Source: Eledone cirrhosa
Taxonomy: Eukaryota
NCBI GenBank assembly: GCA_964016885.1
Contig: OZ024753.1
Location: 19,654,001 to 19,718,000, forward strand
Length of the DNA: 64,000 nt
Direction of reading: 5' to 3'
The notes beneath the pieces are model-generated. The model did no database searches, was not told where the DNA came from, and worked only from the letters and a program-made list of their open reading frames with translations. Shown here piece by piece: positions 14,394 through 27,877 of this stretch. The stretch's first letter is position 1. Each line of letters begins with the position of its first letter. The translations under genes were made by a program, and so were the position numbers.

Positions 14394-14530
14394 TGCAAGT
14401 TTTAAGAATTATTAGATAAAATATATATAGTTTTTCCTCTCCCTAATCCGTAAAATTCAACCACATAAATAATCAGAGGCAATAAATTTAAAATGTAACT
14501 ATGATGAAATAATGGGCAAATGATACAGAC

Positions 14531-15174
14531 TGTGTGTGTGTTTTCATTTTGTCCTTAGTCGTAGGTTGTGATGTTGCTGTTCCACTCATATTTTCTATTT
14601 AATTTTGGTTGTAATTCTTTTATGTTTATTGCCTCTGTAATTTGTCTAAACATTGCGTCTTTTCTGTGTGTAGATTCTATTTTTATTAGAATCTACACAC
14701 AGAAAAGACGCAATGTTTAGACAAATTACAGAGGCAATAAACATAAAAGAATTACAACCAAAATTAAATAGAAAATATGAGTGGAACAGCAACATCACAA
14801 CTTACAACTAAGGACAAAATGTAAACACACACACACATAGAACAAACAACCAACCAGTAACATGTAAATAAACAAATAAATAAATGAACATAAACACACA
14901 CAGACACTCGGATGTGGCGCATGCGCAGACTGAGCACACAACACACACACAGAACCAAAATGGCGTAGGACAGAACAAAGGAGAGGCACAGAAACAGTCA
15001 CTGAAGAGGTCACAGAGTGTGTGACGAAAGAACTATGACTATATATAAACATCTATCTGGATGTGGAACCAACCAACCAACCAGAAATGTATAAATTTAT
15101 AAATATATAATAAATTGAAGTGAAAGCAACTGGTGCGTGTGTTTCTTATTGGCAACATGAACCTCCCAAAGTAT

Positions 15175-15180
<6 letters not shown>
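14531..15180 (+). mobile_element. Family B PLE 3' UTR with internal fold-back (centre about 14686)
   Basis: Matches the 3' UTR of the GIY-YIG-bearing copy 51055-51962; short 3' end GTATAACAAT then (AT)n. Confidence 0.85.
14996..15040 (+). ncRNA. Minimal type I hammerhead ribozyme (family B)
   Basis: agtca-CTGAAGA-g-gtcac-agagtgt-gtgac-GAAA-gaac-TA-tgact: perfect 5-bp stems I and II, single-pair stem III. Confidence 0.8.
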
Positions 15181-15245
<65 letters not shown>

Positions 15246-15250
<5 letters not shown>

Positions 15251-15877
15251 GACGTAATATAAGAAAATTTTAAAAATTAAAAATTAACTTACTAAAATTT
15301 TCACTCCAACTAACTAGTTTCTGCAATGGGATAAAGATAGTTACGCAATTTAACCATCGAGGATTCATTACGTCATCAAGGAGTCTATTCTCAGCTAAGT
15401 CTCCAGGCAATGCGCGGACACTAGGGACTCATATAAAAATAATAATTCGGTGGATGGAACAGCTAGCGGGGACTGAATTCCATAGCACTGAAAAAGTTCA
15501 CTATCTCTGGTCAAATGGCAGATTCTAAAGAATCAATCACGTGACACTGAGGCTAGTCAGAGGGAGTGGGATGGTATAATGACAAGAGCTTACTACTACT
15601 ACAATGACTTAGTAGTGGATTTGGCAAGTTTGCTCAACAAATAAATAATTTGGTGATAAATATAGAGAATTAGTATATTTACCAACATATGCGTACAGAT
15701 GTACACTAAAGCTAGCAAATACACAAGTTATGTCATAGTACCTAGGTGGTTCAATGAAGGAGGATGCAGAACAATTATATGAAAGACGTAAAATGAGAAA
15801 ATTTTAAAAATTAAAAATTAACTTACTAACATTTTCACTCCAACTAATTAGTATCTGTATTGGGATAAAGATAGTTC
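15246..15877 (-). mobile_element. PLE-like terminus with partial tandem repeat (15246-15346 and 15780-15877)
   Basis: Direct repeat of ~100 bp; minus strand has ctcc-TTGATGA-...-GAAA-ctag-TT hammerhead-like scaffold. Confidence 0.55.
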
Positions 15878-16083
15878 CCCAAACACCACACCACGCTACA
15901 CATCCCCACACACCACATCACACATCCCCACACACCACACCATGCTAAACATCCCCACACATCCACACACACCACACCACACACCACACCACACATCCCC
16001 ACACACCACACATCCCCACACACCACATCCCCACACCACACATCCCCACACACCACATCCCCACACACCACACAATATATATA

Positions 16084-16277
16084 TAGGAACGAGTAGGACC
16101 CCGACGGCTGAGCTCAAGCCGTTTCGACGGCTAATTCTGGACAGAATTAGCCGTCGAAACGGCTTGAGCTCAGCCGTCGGTGTCCTACTCGTTCCTATTA
16201 CCCACTCTACTACCCTAAGTATTGAGTACTTTGGTGAGTTATGGTCCACCTGGTTCCTTACCACATTTCCTCCGTTA
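16084..16277. mobile_element. Family A fold-back (short end left, long end right)
   Basis: Inverted arms meeting at TCTGGAC/AGAATT. Confidence 0.85.
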
Positions 16278-16300
16278 TAAATATATATATAGAGAGAGAG

Positions 16301-17078
16301 AGAAAAATACTGCAGGTAGCACATGGATAACATGTAATAAAATGAGTCCCTCATCAGTGATTTGCCGACGATCATAGATATTTCATTGCATTAAAAATCA
16401 TATACCTCACGTCGGTGCAATAATAACAAAAATAAGTTATTAGGACAATTGAAACGCGTAAAGCGAGTGAGACAGGAGAACAACAAAGAGTATAGCTAAC
16501 CATAGGGGAAAGAAACAATCTTCAAAATTATTCTGTTTAGCATAAGCTAGGTGAATATATGAGCGCTTTTAGAAAAAAGACCTGACACGAACGATGGCCA
16601 TGTGAGAAGAGAGAAAAATATAGCCTTCGTCGTGTACAGGATGAAGCGAAGAGAAGAGAAACAGTGAGTGAGTGAAAGTGTGAGGAAGAGCTAACTGACA
16701 TGACAGAGGGGGCGAAAGAAAGTAGGAGAAACAGAGAGAATGGGGGAACAGTAAGAGAGAGAGAGAGAAAAACACAGAATCGCAGTTTGGGTAAATATAT
16801 GTAATACATATAGAGAAAAATACTGCAGGTAGCACATGGATAACATGTAATAAAATGAGTCTCTCATCAGTGATTTGCCGACGATCATAGATATTTCATT
16901 GCATTAAAAATCATATACCTCACGCCGGTGCAATAATAACCAAAATAAGTTATTAGGACAATTGAAACGCGTAAAGCGAGTGAGACAGGAGAACAACAAA
17001 GAGTATAGCTAACCATAGGGGAAAGAAACAAGCTTCAAAATGATTCTGTTTAGCATAAGCTAGGTGAATATATGAGCA
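16301..17078. repeat. Direct repeat of ~265 bp (16301-16566, 16812-17078), pLTR-like tandem arrangement
   Basis: Near-identical copies giving duplicate ORF starts MIVGKSLMRDSF; ends in (TA)n. Confidence 0.85.
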
Positions 17079-17700
17079 TATATATATATATATATATATA
17101 TAACAACATAAACGGAGAAAGCTTACAGCAATACTCCGGCCAATTTCAAACTCACTCATCAAACTTTAGGAAATACCGGAGTATATTCCCAATTAAACGT
17201 TTGGCGTGCTAACTATATTGTATTGTGTGGATAAGTGGCTGTATTATTTTTGAGAAATATTAAAGATCTCATTTCCCAAACGAATCGTTTGATTGTAAGA
17301 TTTCTGCATGGTGGGTGAAATTATACCAAGTTCTGTAGAAACTTGCGTAAGATCAATGTATTCTTATGCAAGTGGGCTCGTACACATCTTCACTGGCTGC
17401 CAAAGTAATATTAATATTATATATATATAAATTTCTCGTTATTTTTCCACCCACACTTCCAATTTTTAACAGATTAAAAATCTCATGTCATATCTTTTAT
17501 CTATAACGTCTTATCTATAACATCTTATCTATGACATCTTACGACCGATCCAGACCTATATTATTATCGTCTGATCCAGAAAAATTTGGTTATAGAGTAG
17601 TTATATTTTGTGTTGTTCAGTTTCTACTGAAATGGCTCTGTTCTATACATAGAGTATTCTTTTTTCCTTTGCTTTACCTTCGGAATTACCTAACAAACAA

Positions 17701-17738
<38 letters not shown>

Positions 17739-17809
17739 TTGTATATATATATATATATATATACTGTATATATATATATCTATATATCTATATAAATATA
17801 CTGTATATC

Positions 17810-17996
<187 letters not shown>

Positions 17997-18392
17997 CGTG
18001 AATATTCTGATGATTGTAACTGTGAAGAGAGGTAAATTACCTAAAATGAAATCCATTTCATTTTAGATAAAACTCGGTGAAGTTGAGACTAATTAGATCT
18101 TCTTGAGAGGAACATAGTCGACTGAAGGATGAGTAAATGTCCAAACGAGACGAACTACATTCATACTATGTTAAATATATTTTGTACTGATACATGGATT
18201 GTTAAACCTATCGTACAATCGTTAGCATACATGCACATACATACATACACACAGACACACAGACACATACACAAATACAAAAAGACACACAGACACATAT
18301 ACAAATACACACATATAAAATATATGTATACACATATGTATATACAATGGTTTCATACGAATAAAACAGTTCTCATCCGCTAGACATTATAT

Positions 18393-18570
18393 ATTGGCAG
18401 TATCGGTAGAGGCTCGGACATGCTTTCCAGCATAGTTACGTCCCTTTTTGATCTGAGTTCAAATCCCGCCGAGGTTAACTTTGCCTTTCATCCATACGGG
18501 GTCGATACAATAAAGTACCAGTAATGTACTGGGTATTTGCCGGCCTTGTGCCAAAAGTAGAAATAATTAT
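18393..18570 (+). mobile_element. tRNA-derived SINE
   Basis: A-box-like TGGCAGTATCGG, B-box GAGTTCAAATCC, conserved body and tail. Confidence 0.85.
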
Positions 18571-18579
18571 ATATATATA

Positions 18580-19153
18580 TAGGAAAAAGAGTGACCCCGA
18601 CGACAGAGCTCAAGCCGTTTCGACGGCTATTTCTGGACTAAATCAGAATGTTTAGCCTGGTGAATAAATAGCAGAAGTTGTCAAGGGGTACTTCCTTATA
18701 TGGGAAGATTGTAGTTGTCAAGAGGATTGGTTAAAATTTGTTTTAAACACAAATAAGTCTATCATGGCATTTGTTGGGAGGTAGGGGTGGCTGTACCTGC
18801 ATGTAGATCAGTAGGGGAGTGTGTGAAGCCGGTCAAATAACCTCCCTCCTCCATTCATACACTATCCTTAGAATCTGCTGTATACATATCACTTTCAACG
18901 CTTGGCCGGCTACACTCACTCCGCTATTGTTCTACAGGCAAGTCAGCCACCTCTACCTCCCACCAAATGCCATGATAGACTTATTTGTGTTTACAACAAA
19001 TGTTAACCAATCCTCTTGACAACTAGAATCTTCCCATATAAGAAAGTACCCCTTGAACAGTTCGGCTATTTATTCACCAGGCTAAAAATTATAATTTAGT
19101 CCAGAAATAGCCGTCGAAACGGCTTGAGCTCTGCCGTCAGGGTCATACTTTTT

Positions 19154-19157
<4 letters not shown>
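18580..19157. mobile_element. Family A large fold-back, both arms ending at the short 3' end
   Basis: ~255-bp and ~320-bp inverted arms; (TA)n flanks. Confidence 0.85.
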
Positions 19158-19202
<45 letters not shown>

Positions 19203-19699
19203 TACGTTATTCCGAAGGAAAAGCAAACAAAAAATAGAGCTCTATGTATTGAACATAGCTCTTTAATTAGAATGTGAACATCACAAAATATAACTACTAG
19301 TTAAGAGGCAAGATTCTGATGAGAGATATTCATTCACTCGGCAGCTAATGCACGTGTCCTCGTGTATAAGGACGGGTGGTAGCCGTTACTACTTCCCGTG
19401 TATTATGGGACACGATGTATATATCCAGGATAATGATCAAACCTCTCAAAAGTCAGTGTAAAGGTTGCAAAATATTCATTTTTGAGGCATAGTAGCGAGA
19501 AATTGTATAAAACTTTTAACAAGTTGAATCACTAGGGCATATATTGTTTGGTTAATGATCTGTTGTATTACACATTTTATTAATTACCTTGACCACCCGT
19601 GATCCGTTTGGTCACGTTCACTTAAAAAATAATTTTTAAATAATTAACATATACACAGACATATACATAATGAAATTCTAAGGCCCATTTATATATATA

Positions 19700-21568
19700 T
19701 ATTACAATGAAGCACTTGCTCGGAGTGGATTTGTCGATAAGGTAGCATATACTGAGTACGAGAATAGACCTAGAAGAAATAGATCCCGACGCATTATATG
19801 GTATAATCCACCATATAATATGGAGGTGGCCACACCATTAGCGAAGATCTTTCTCTCCCTTATTACGAAGCATTTACCCCTACACATAAATATAGTAAAA
19901 TCTTTAATAGAAATACCATTAAAATCTCTTACTCTACGTGTCCTAACCTTGCACATAACATCACAGCTTCAAATTTAGCTAAACTACCTAGCCGTAGGAA
20001 CACGTGCAACCCTGTAGTTAGTACTAACTGTAATTGTAGGAATCAGGGTGACTGCCCCCTATCCGGGAAATGCCTCTCTAGTAGCATTGTCTACAAAAGT
20101 AAGGTTGAAACACCCACATCTCGTAGGGCCTACATAGGCTTAACCGCCAATAGATTCAAGCAGGTCTTTACATATGTACCTATTCTTTTCGTTACCCTTT
20201 AAGAAGGAATATGACGTCACTTTCAGCTTATATCTGGAGTCTAAAAGCAAACACACCCAATATAAATTACACTGGGAGATCCTAGCTAGGGCTAGATTGT
20301 ATAACGGAAATAAAAGATCATGTGAGCACTGCACCACTGAGGCCCTGGAAATACTCTACGCCAAAGACCACATCTTAAACAAAAAATCTGAGGCAATTTC
20401 GGCTAGTAAACATAAATTGTACAAAACTTTCCTGTATTATAGCCCCACATTATACCCTAACGGATAGTACGAATTATACGCGGATATTTTACGTCTTGAT
20501 GTGTAGCTAAGTATATGTAATATTTATACCATTACTTATTTGTAGAGGTAGTATATATTACCTGTATGTTTTGTGAAGGTACGTATACTTTCTCGTACGT
20601 ATATTTGATTGTTTATGTTATGGCGTATATATTATTTACTCTGGTACATATGCTTTTGGTTATGTGTATAGTGAGTTTCGCGTCTGTATGAGGGTTTGTA
20701 CGTAGGTAGGGTGTGTGTATATGTGTACTTTGTGTTTTGGTTGACGTACGTCTCCGAACATATGTGTATTTACATGTAGGTTTGTGTGTGCGCTTGTTAT
20801 ATATGTATTTATTTATTTATATAGGTTTATTTAATGATATGTATACACGCACACACAAACACATATATATATATATATATATATATTTTATATATATTTG
20901 TATGTGTATTTGGTGTATACATTGGTATGCGTGCGGGTACAGGCGTTGCGTGGGTTCTGTATGTGCGTGCGATGTCTTTTTTGGTGTGTACGTGCGGGTA
21001 TTTGTATACCTATGGCGAGTGTTTTCGCGTATGCTTGTGTATGTACGTATATGGATGCGTGTATGTATTTATTTAATTTCAATTACCTCTGTATTTTATT
21101 TACTTTATTCTTAACTCTGAAGCCGAGAATCATTCGGTTTCGTAGTTAGAATTTTAGTCTACGACTTCAGTTATACCATTTACGTGGTTTTGTCTTTGCG
21201 TGCAATTCTTCTCCCCGCTCCACATATGAGTTACTATCTTCGTTTTTCCTTTCATTGCCAGAGAACGTCTCTATGAACCACCTAAGAGAATATTAGTCTA
21301 CGACGTCTTTCATACCATAAACGTGGTTTTGTCTTTGCGTGTAATTGTTTTTCACCGCTCCAAATAATGACGTATTATATTCGTTTTTTCCCGTTCTTTG
21401 CCAGGGAGCGTTTCAACGAACCAAAGTATCGTCTTCCTGTCTTCCTCCGGTTGCAACGTTTTATGAAATATTTACTTCTGCGTTCACAGATTGACTTTGT
21501 TAGTTTCAGAAGATCCCGTTAATGTTGAAAGCAGCGATTCTTTGCTTAAACTTTAATCTGTTATTTTA
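19700..21568 (+). mobile_element. Naiad-like PLE, 5'-truncated and decayed (linker, GIY-YIG, 3' UTR ending in family E terminus)
   Basis: IIWYNPPYN...HKYSKIFNRNTIKISYS; CNCRNQGDCPLSGKCL (CxCx5Cx5C); IVY...YIGLT; WEILARA...CEHC; frameshifted. Continuity to 21568 is inferred. Confidence 0.8.
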
Positions 21569-21604
<36 letters not shown>

Positions 21605-21631
21605 TTGTATATATGAAAACGGAGTTAAACC

Positions 21632-21719
21632 TTTTCCTATTACCGACTCTACTACCCTAAGTATTGAGTACTCTGGTGCGTTATGGTCCATCTGGTTCCT
21701 TACCACACTTCTTTCGTTA
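21632..21719 (+). mobile_element. Family A long 3' tail only
   Basis: Matches family A terminus followed by (TA)n. Confidence 0.85.
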
Positions 21720-21727
21720 TATATATC

Positions 21728-21759
<32 letters not shown>

Positions 21760-21763
21760 CACA

Positions 21764-21867
<104 letters not shown>

Positions 21868-22034
21868 TATATATATGTATACACGCACACATATATATGT
21901 ATGCATATATGTATATATACACACACACACACATATATATATATACAAACCCTTTTATTTATCAGGTTATGTAATGCTGTATTCAATTCTTTGAAGTCAC
22001 CGGTTGCAATTTTATTCAACAACACCATCAGCGC

Positions 22035-22137
<103 letters not shown>

Positions 22138-24024
22138 ATCTCTCTCTCTCTTCCATTTTCCTTTTCTGACTCCTTCTCTATGTTCCTGTCTCAATCTACT
22201 CTCTCACAACCGCTATCTATTTCTCTCTCTCCTTCTATCTCTCTCTCTCTATTTATGAAGGTACCCAGAAAACCCCATTTCTCGAGAACCCATTCTCCGA
22301 TTTACGCCAAACTTGTTTTATTCCAATCGTATTCCCGTTTCAAAGGCAGCTGCGGTTCAAAGTATTTTCCAATTATGCACCCTTTTGGCTGTATTACATT
22401 ACAGACAAGCAAGCAAGCAATCACAGACTTTTAGTCGTTTATATATATGTCGTTATTTCATGATTAACAGACCATGTTAATGAGACCTTGATTCAGTTAT
22501 GATCATGTGTGTGCATATGTGTGCGTGTGTGCGTGTGTATGTGTGTGTGTATTATTAATTAATGGAAAAGTAAAATATATTATATATGAGACTAGTTATA
22601 TAATTCGTTTAGCTAGATATCATGGTTAAGTATAATCAGTTGTGTATGTGTGTATAGTCTGTTTAATAATGCATTGGGAGGCAAATTAATGTATACATGA
22701 GGCTAGGCTAGTTCCATACCTTGTTTAGCTTAGTATCGTGTATAAGTAGACGCGTACAAACACGATGCCAAGTTACTGCTCTGAATTCGAAGCTGTTCAT
22801 TTATGCTATCAATAGAAATTATCAAAATGTGTTTCTTCCTTTACAAAATCGCATTTTTTTCCTATTTACATTGACTAGGTGTAGGTATTTCAATCAGACG
22901 ATAGTAAAGATTGATGGAAGTTATTTAAAATGGAATCAGGTGATTTGAAGTTAAGTGCCGAAATACTTGCTTGAGTGGCTTTTCCTATCGGAAGACCTGC
23001 TGTCCAGCCCTCCTGGTACTTTCTTTCCACTGATACTTAACAAGATTGATGAGAATAATGTAAACTGAACCTGATGATTTGAAGTTAGAACCTAAATGTA
23101 CAAAACTAAATACTACATGACACGTCCATTGTCTACTAGTTGTACTTAACTATTCGGTTACAGTACGATCGTTATTTCTGTGAAATACAGGTCACAGCTC
23201 TTACCTATGCCTCATTATACCTAAGCATGGTGCCCTGTGTTCCAGAGAGATTTCGGATTCCTGACTCTATATGTGTGTCTGCTGGTTTTACAATATCAAT
23301 TTAGAATTATTCAACTTTAAACTCAGCTACTAAGTATTGAAATTCTATTAACGATTCTATTAAATATTTTGGGTTGTAACTATTTCTTAATTATGTACAA
23401 TTTACTGTGACCTTTACGATATGAGGTTCAATTTTAAATATCATTGGCTTCAATTAATATGCCTTAACAGAACATTATTTCAAATAATAAAATATAACAC
23501 GCAATTTTGAAAAAAGCCACTAAAAATACAGTTCGTCTTTCTTTATTTCCCTTTCAAACAATGGAGTCAATTAATTTAAATTAGTGCTTATTCAATAGAA
23601 ATCTCTTATTTCTACACACAGCAACATATTCTCTTTCATCAGCATAGCTTTAGGGGTTGGATTTTATCTTATTACTTCCATACTAAATTGGTCATAAAAA
23701 TATACTAATTCATCTAAATTGATGAATCATTGTAAATGATCGAGATAGTTTGCATTGATTTTTAAGTACATTTTTGGTTTTTCAACACAGTCATGTATAA
23801 GGTAGTTTACTTTATATCTCTGAAATATTCCTATAATATCTATGGCAGCTCTATGTTTTAATGAATACTCTTCAATAATATAATTTTAATCTTTTGTCAA
23901 TCAAGTACCATTGTATATGCAGCACCAATGTTTATTGTCTCGCAAAATAACATTGAAGGGAATCAGATGTTATTTCGTGTCGACATTTGTAATTTGATGA
24001 ATATGTGGCAGTGAATTGGGAATA

Positions 24025-26373
24025 TATTAGTGGAGATAATGTCCTAGCAAACACTGAGTCAGAACTATCATAAGCCGCCTCCATAAGACTATGGCAGGTG
24101 TATTAGTGGAGATAATGTCCTAGCAAACATTGAGTCAGAACTATCATAAGCATCCTCCATAAGACTATGGCAGGTGTATTAGTGGAGATAATATCCTAGC
24201 TAACACTGAGTCAGAACTATCATAAGCATCCCCCATAAGACTATGGCAGGTGTATTAGCGGAGATAATAACCTAGAAAACACTGAGTCAGAACTATCATA
24301 AGCCGCCTACATATGACTATGGTAGCTGTAATAGTGGAGATAATATCCTAGCAAACAGTGAGTCAGAACTATCATAAGCATCCTCCATAAGACTATGGCA
24401 GGTGTATTAGTGGAGATAATATCCTAGCAAACAGTGAGTCAGAACTATCATAAGCATTCCCCATAAGACTATGGCAGGTGTATTAGTGGAGATAATGTGC
24501 TAGCTAACACTGAGTCAGAACTATCATAAGCATTCCCCATAAGACTATGGCAGGTGTATTAGTGGAGATAATGTGCTAGCTAACACTGAGTCAGAACTAT
24601 CATAAGCATTCCCCATAAGACTATGGCAGGTGTATTAGCGGAGATAATATCCTAGCAGACACTGAGTCAGAACTATCATAAGCATCCCCCATAAGACTAT
24701 GGCAGGTGTATTAGTGGTGATAATATCCTAGCAGACACTGAGTCAGAACTATCATAGGCATCCCCCATAAGACTATGGCAGGTGTATTAGTGGAGATAAT
24801 ATCCTAGCAGACACCGAGTCAGAACTATCATAAGCCACCTCCATAAGACTATGGCAGGTGTATTAGTGGAGATAATATCCTAGCAGACACTGAGTCAGAA
24901 ATATCATAAGCATCCCACATAAGACTATGGCAGGTGTATTAGTGGAGATAATGTCCTAGCAAACACTGAGTCAGAACTATCATAAGCCGCCTCCATAAGA
25001 CTATGGCAGGTGTATTTGTGGAGATAATATCCTAGAAAACAGTGAGTCAGAACTATCATAAGCATCCCCCATAAGACTATGGCAGGTGTATTAGTGGAGA
25101 TAATATCCTATCAAACAGTGAGTCAGAACTATCATAAGCATTCCCCATAAGGGTATGGCAGGTGTATTAGCGGAGATAATATCCTAGCAGACACTGAGTC
25201 AGAACTATCATAAGCATCCCCCATAAGACTATGGCAGGTGTATTAGTGGAGATAATATCCTAGCAACCACTGAGTCAGAACTACAATAAGCTGCCTACAT
25301 AAGACTATGGCAGGTGTATTAGTGGAGATAATATCCTAGCAGACACTGAGTCAGAACTATCATAAGCATTCCCCATAAGACTATGACAGGTGTATTAGTG
25401 GAGATAATATCCTAGCTAACACTGAGTCAGAACTATCATAAGCATCCCCCATAAGACTATGGCAGGTGTATTAGTGGTGATAATATCCTAGCTAACACTG
25501 AGTCAGAACTATCATAAGCATCCCCCATAAGACTATGGCAGGTGTATTAGCGGAGATAATATCCTATCAAACACTGAGTCAGAACTATCATAAGCATCCC
25601 CCATAAGACTATGGCAGGTGTATTAGTGGTGATAATATCCTAGCAGACACTGAGTCAGAACTATCATAAGCATTCCCTATAAGACTATGGCAGGTGTATT
25701 AGTGGAGATAATATCCTAGCAGACACTGAGTCAGAACTATCATAAGCATCCCCCATAAGACTATGGCAGGTGTATTAGTGGAGATAATATCCTAGCAGAC
25801 ACTGAGTCAGAACTATCATAAGCATCCCCCATAAGACTATGGCAGGTGTATTAGTGGAGATAATATCCTAGCAACCACTGAGTCAGAACTACAATAAGCT
25901 GCCTACATAAGACTATGGCAGGTGTATTAGTGGAGATAATATCCTAGCAGACACTGAGTCAGAACTACAATAAGCTGCCTCCATAAGACTATGGCAGGTG
26001 TATTAGTGGAGATAATATCCTAGCAAATACTGAGTCAGAACTACAATAAGCCGCCTGCATAAGACTATGGCAGGTGTATTAGTGGAGATAATATCCTAGC
26101 AAATACTGAGTCAGAACTACAATAAGCCGCCTCCATAAGACTATGGCAGGTGTATTAGTGGAGATAATATCCTAGCAAATACTGAGTCAGAACTACAATA
26201 AGCCGCCTCCATAAGACTATGGCAGGTGTATTAGTGGAGATAATGTCCTAGCAAATACTGAGTCAGAACTATCATAAGCATCCTCCACAAGACTATGGCA
26301 GGTGTATTTGTGGAGATAATATCCTAGCAAACACTGAGTCAAAACTATAATTAGCCACCTCCATAAGACTATG
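24025..26373. repeat. Tandem array of about 31 x 76 bp
   Basis: Consensus TATTAGTGGAGATAATATCCTAGCAAACACTGAGTCAGAACTATCATAAGCATCCCCCATAAGACTATGGCAGGTG; unit starts at 24025, 24101, 24177 ... 26305 (exact 76-bp register). Confidence 0.97.
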
Positions 26374-26731
26374 TCGAAGACGCAACTTTATTCATAAAAT
26401 AAATCTCACAAATCTACCATGCGTCCTGTGGGCTGAAGGTTGTCTATTATTTCTTTTCAAAGGAGGTGGATTGGCAGTATCGGTAGAGGGTCGGATGCCA
26501 TGCTTTGCAGCATAGAATTATGGCTCTTTATGTTTTGAGTTCAAATCCTGCCAAGGTTATTTTTGCCTTTCATACGTCATGGGGTCGAAAAAAATAAAGT
26601 ACCAGTAATGCTTTGTGATAATTGCTGGCCTTGTGCCAAAAAGTAGAAACAATTATTTATTTTCGAATTTTTGGTTGCCAAAATTAGAGTGCGTCTTCGA
26701 GAACGAAGCGTCTTTGGCGCCGGGAAATACG
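26374..26731. mobile_element. Tc1/pogo-like MITE remnant interrupted by a SINE
   Basis: Inverted 11-mers TCGAAGACGCA (26374) and TGCGTCTTCGA (26690); right end GCGTCTTTGGCGCCGGGAAATACG resembles CGTATTT-type TIRs. Confidence 0.45.
26469..26657 (+). mobile_element. tRNA-derived SINE
   Basis: A/B boxes and body match 57404-57587. Confidence 0.85.
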
Positions 26732-27187
26732 TTAGGTTCTATATGCCTGATTAGATAAATCGCTCAGAATATGTTCTAGCATGGCCGTACTTTAATGATT
26801 AGAAGCAGTAAATAATTAAATATTTTGTTCAATATTCTAATATAATTTAAAATGTAATGTAATATTATACATTCTAATGTTTGGTTTATTTTGTGTTTGT
26901 ATAAAACTAAATCTATACCATGTGACCAAATTCTGTGTAACTGCTATTTAATCTTAAATACTTTCATGGGATTACAACGTTTGTGAACCTCTCATCCAGA
27001 TTATTTCATTTTACTGACGTTTATTTAACATATTCCAATTTAACTGCTAATATATTTTTTTATTGACTCGGATAAGTGAAAGCTTCTTCCAGACATTAAT
27101 TACGTGATTCGAATGAATATCAGTTTAAAACCCGTTGTTTCTTATACGATAATAAATACGTTTGTTTCTAGTAGTAGTAGTAGTAGC

Positions 27188-27251
<64 letters not shown>

Positions 27252-27498
27252 ATGAAAATGATAATAGTCATATTAGTATGACAAAAGCGATTATATCAGA
27301 TTTTCTGCAATGATCACAGAATTTGTTTCATATTCAATACGCCGTAAATCTTTTGTGGTGTGTTTTTATATCAGTCATAATAAAATACATTGATAGAGGT
27401 GGTGAGACTGTCGTTAAATATGAACACCACTGTTAGAATGTCATTTGTAGGAACTAGAGACCCTTCTGAAACTATTCCTTTTAAAAGGGATTCCTTAT

Positions 27499-27727
27499 AT
27501 AACCCTTTAGCATTCACATTACTCTATATATACTATTAAATTTTCATGGTAAAGGCTTTATGTAACATAATTATCTCATATTAATATAGAATCTATGAGA
27601 TTTTGAAAGTATTTATTTTGAGAACAATACCTTAACATCAGTTTGAGTGACCAGCTACAGCCAGTTTCAACAGAAACAGGTAGAGAATTCTGGCCGGTTT
27701 TGCTCGGTTTGAACATTAAAAGGATAA
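27499..27727. mobile_element. Degenerate piggyBac-like MITE
   Basis: AACCCTTTAGCATTCA ... TGAACATTAAAAGGATAA imperfect TIRs. Confidence 0.35.
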
Positions 27728-27877
27728 ACAACTTTTAAATCAATGCTGAATGGTATATAAGAGTATCAGATGAAAGGTTCATAGGTTGATCAAGACTCTC
27801 ATGAGTCATTGCCCGTTAATCTTCGTTCTAGAAACACGGAATACAGTAAACCTCTAATACTTATACTCAACTTATAT

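Noticed and set aside
16084-16277. Recurring peptides such as [11 protein letters not shown] and MSTLVRYGP as a small gene family
   Set aside because: They come from family A repeat copies read in arbitrary frames, with frameshifts between copies.
19097-19157. Canonical hammerhead or HDV-like ribozyme in family A
   Set aside because: GAAAC is present but CUGANGA and NUH are not, and I could not build the HDV nested double pseudoknot by eye.
20024-20080. Selenocysteine (in-frame TGA) in the Naiad-like Cys motif
   Set aside because: The CxCx5Cx5C codons here and near 46300-46350 are TGT/TGC; no TGA at those positions, and the copies are decayed.
24025-26373. CRISPR-like array
   Set aside because: No unique spacers; variable positions are a few recurring alleles within a homologous 76-bp unit, there are no cas genes, and the context is eukaryotic.
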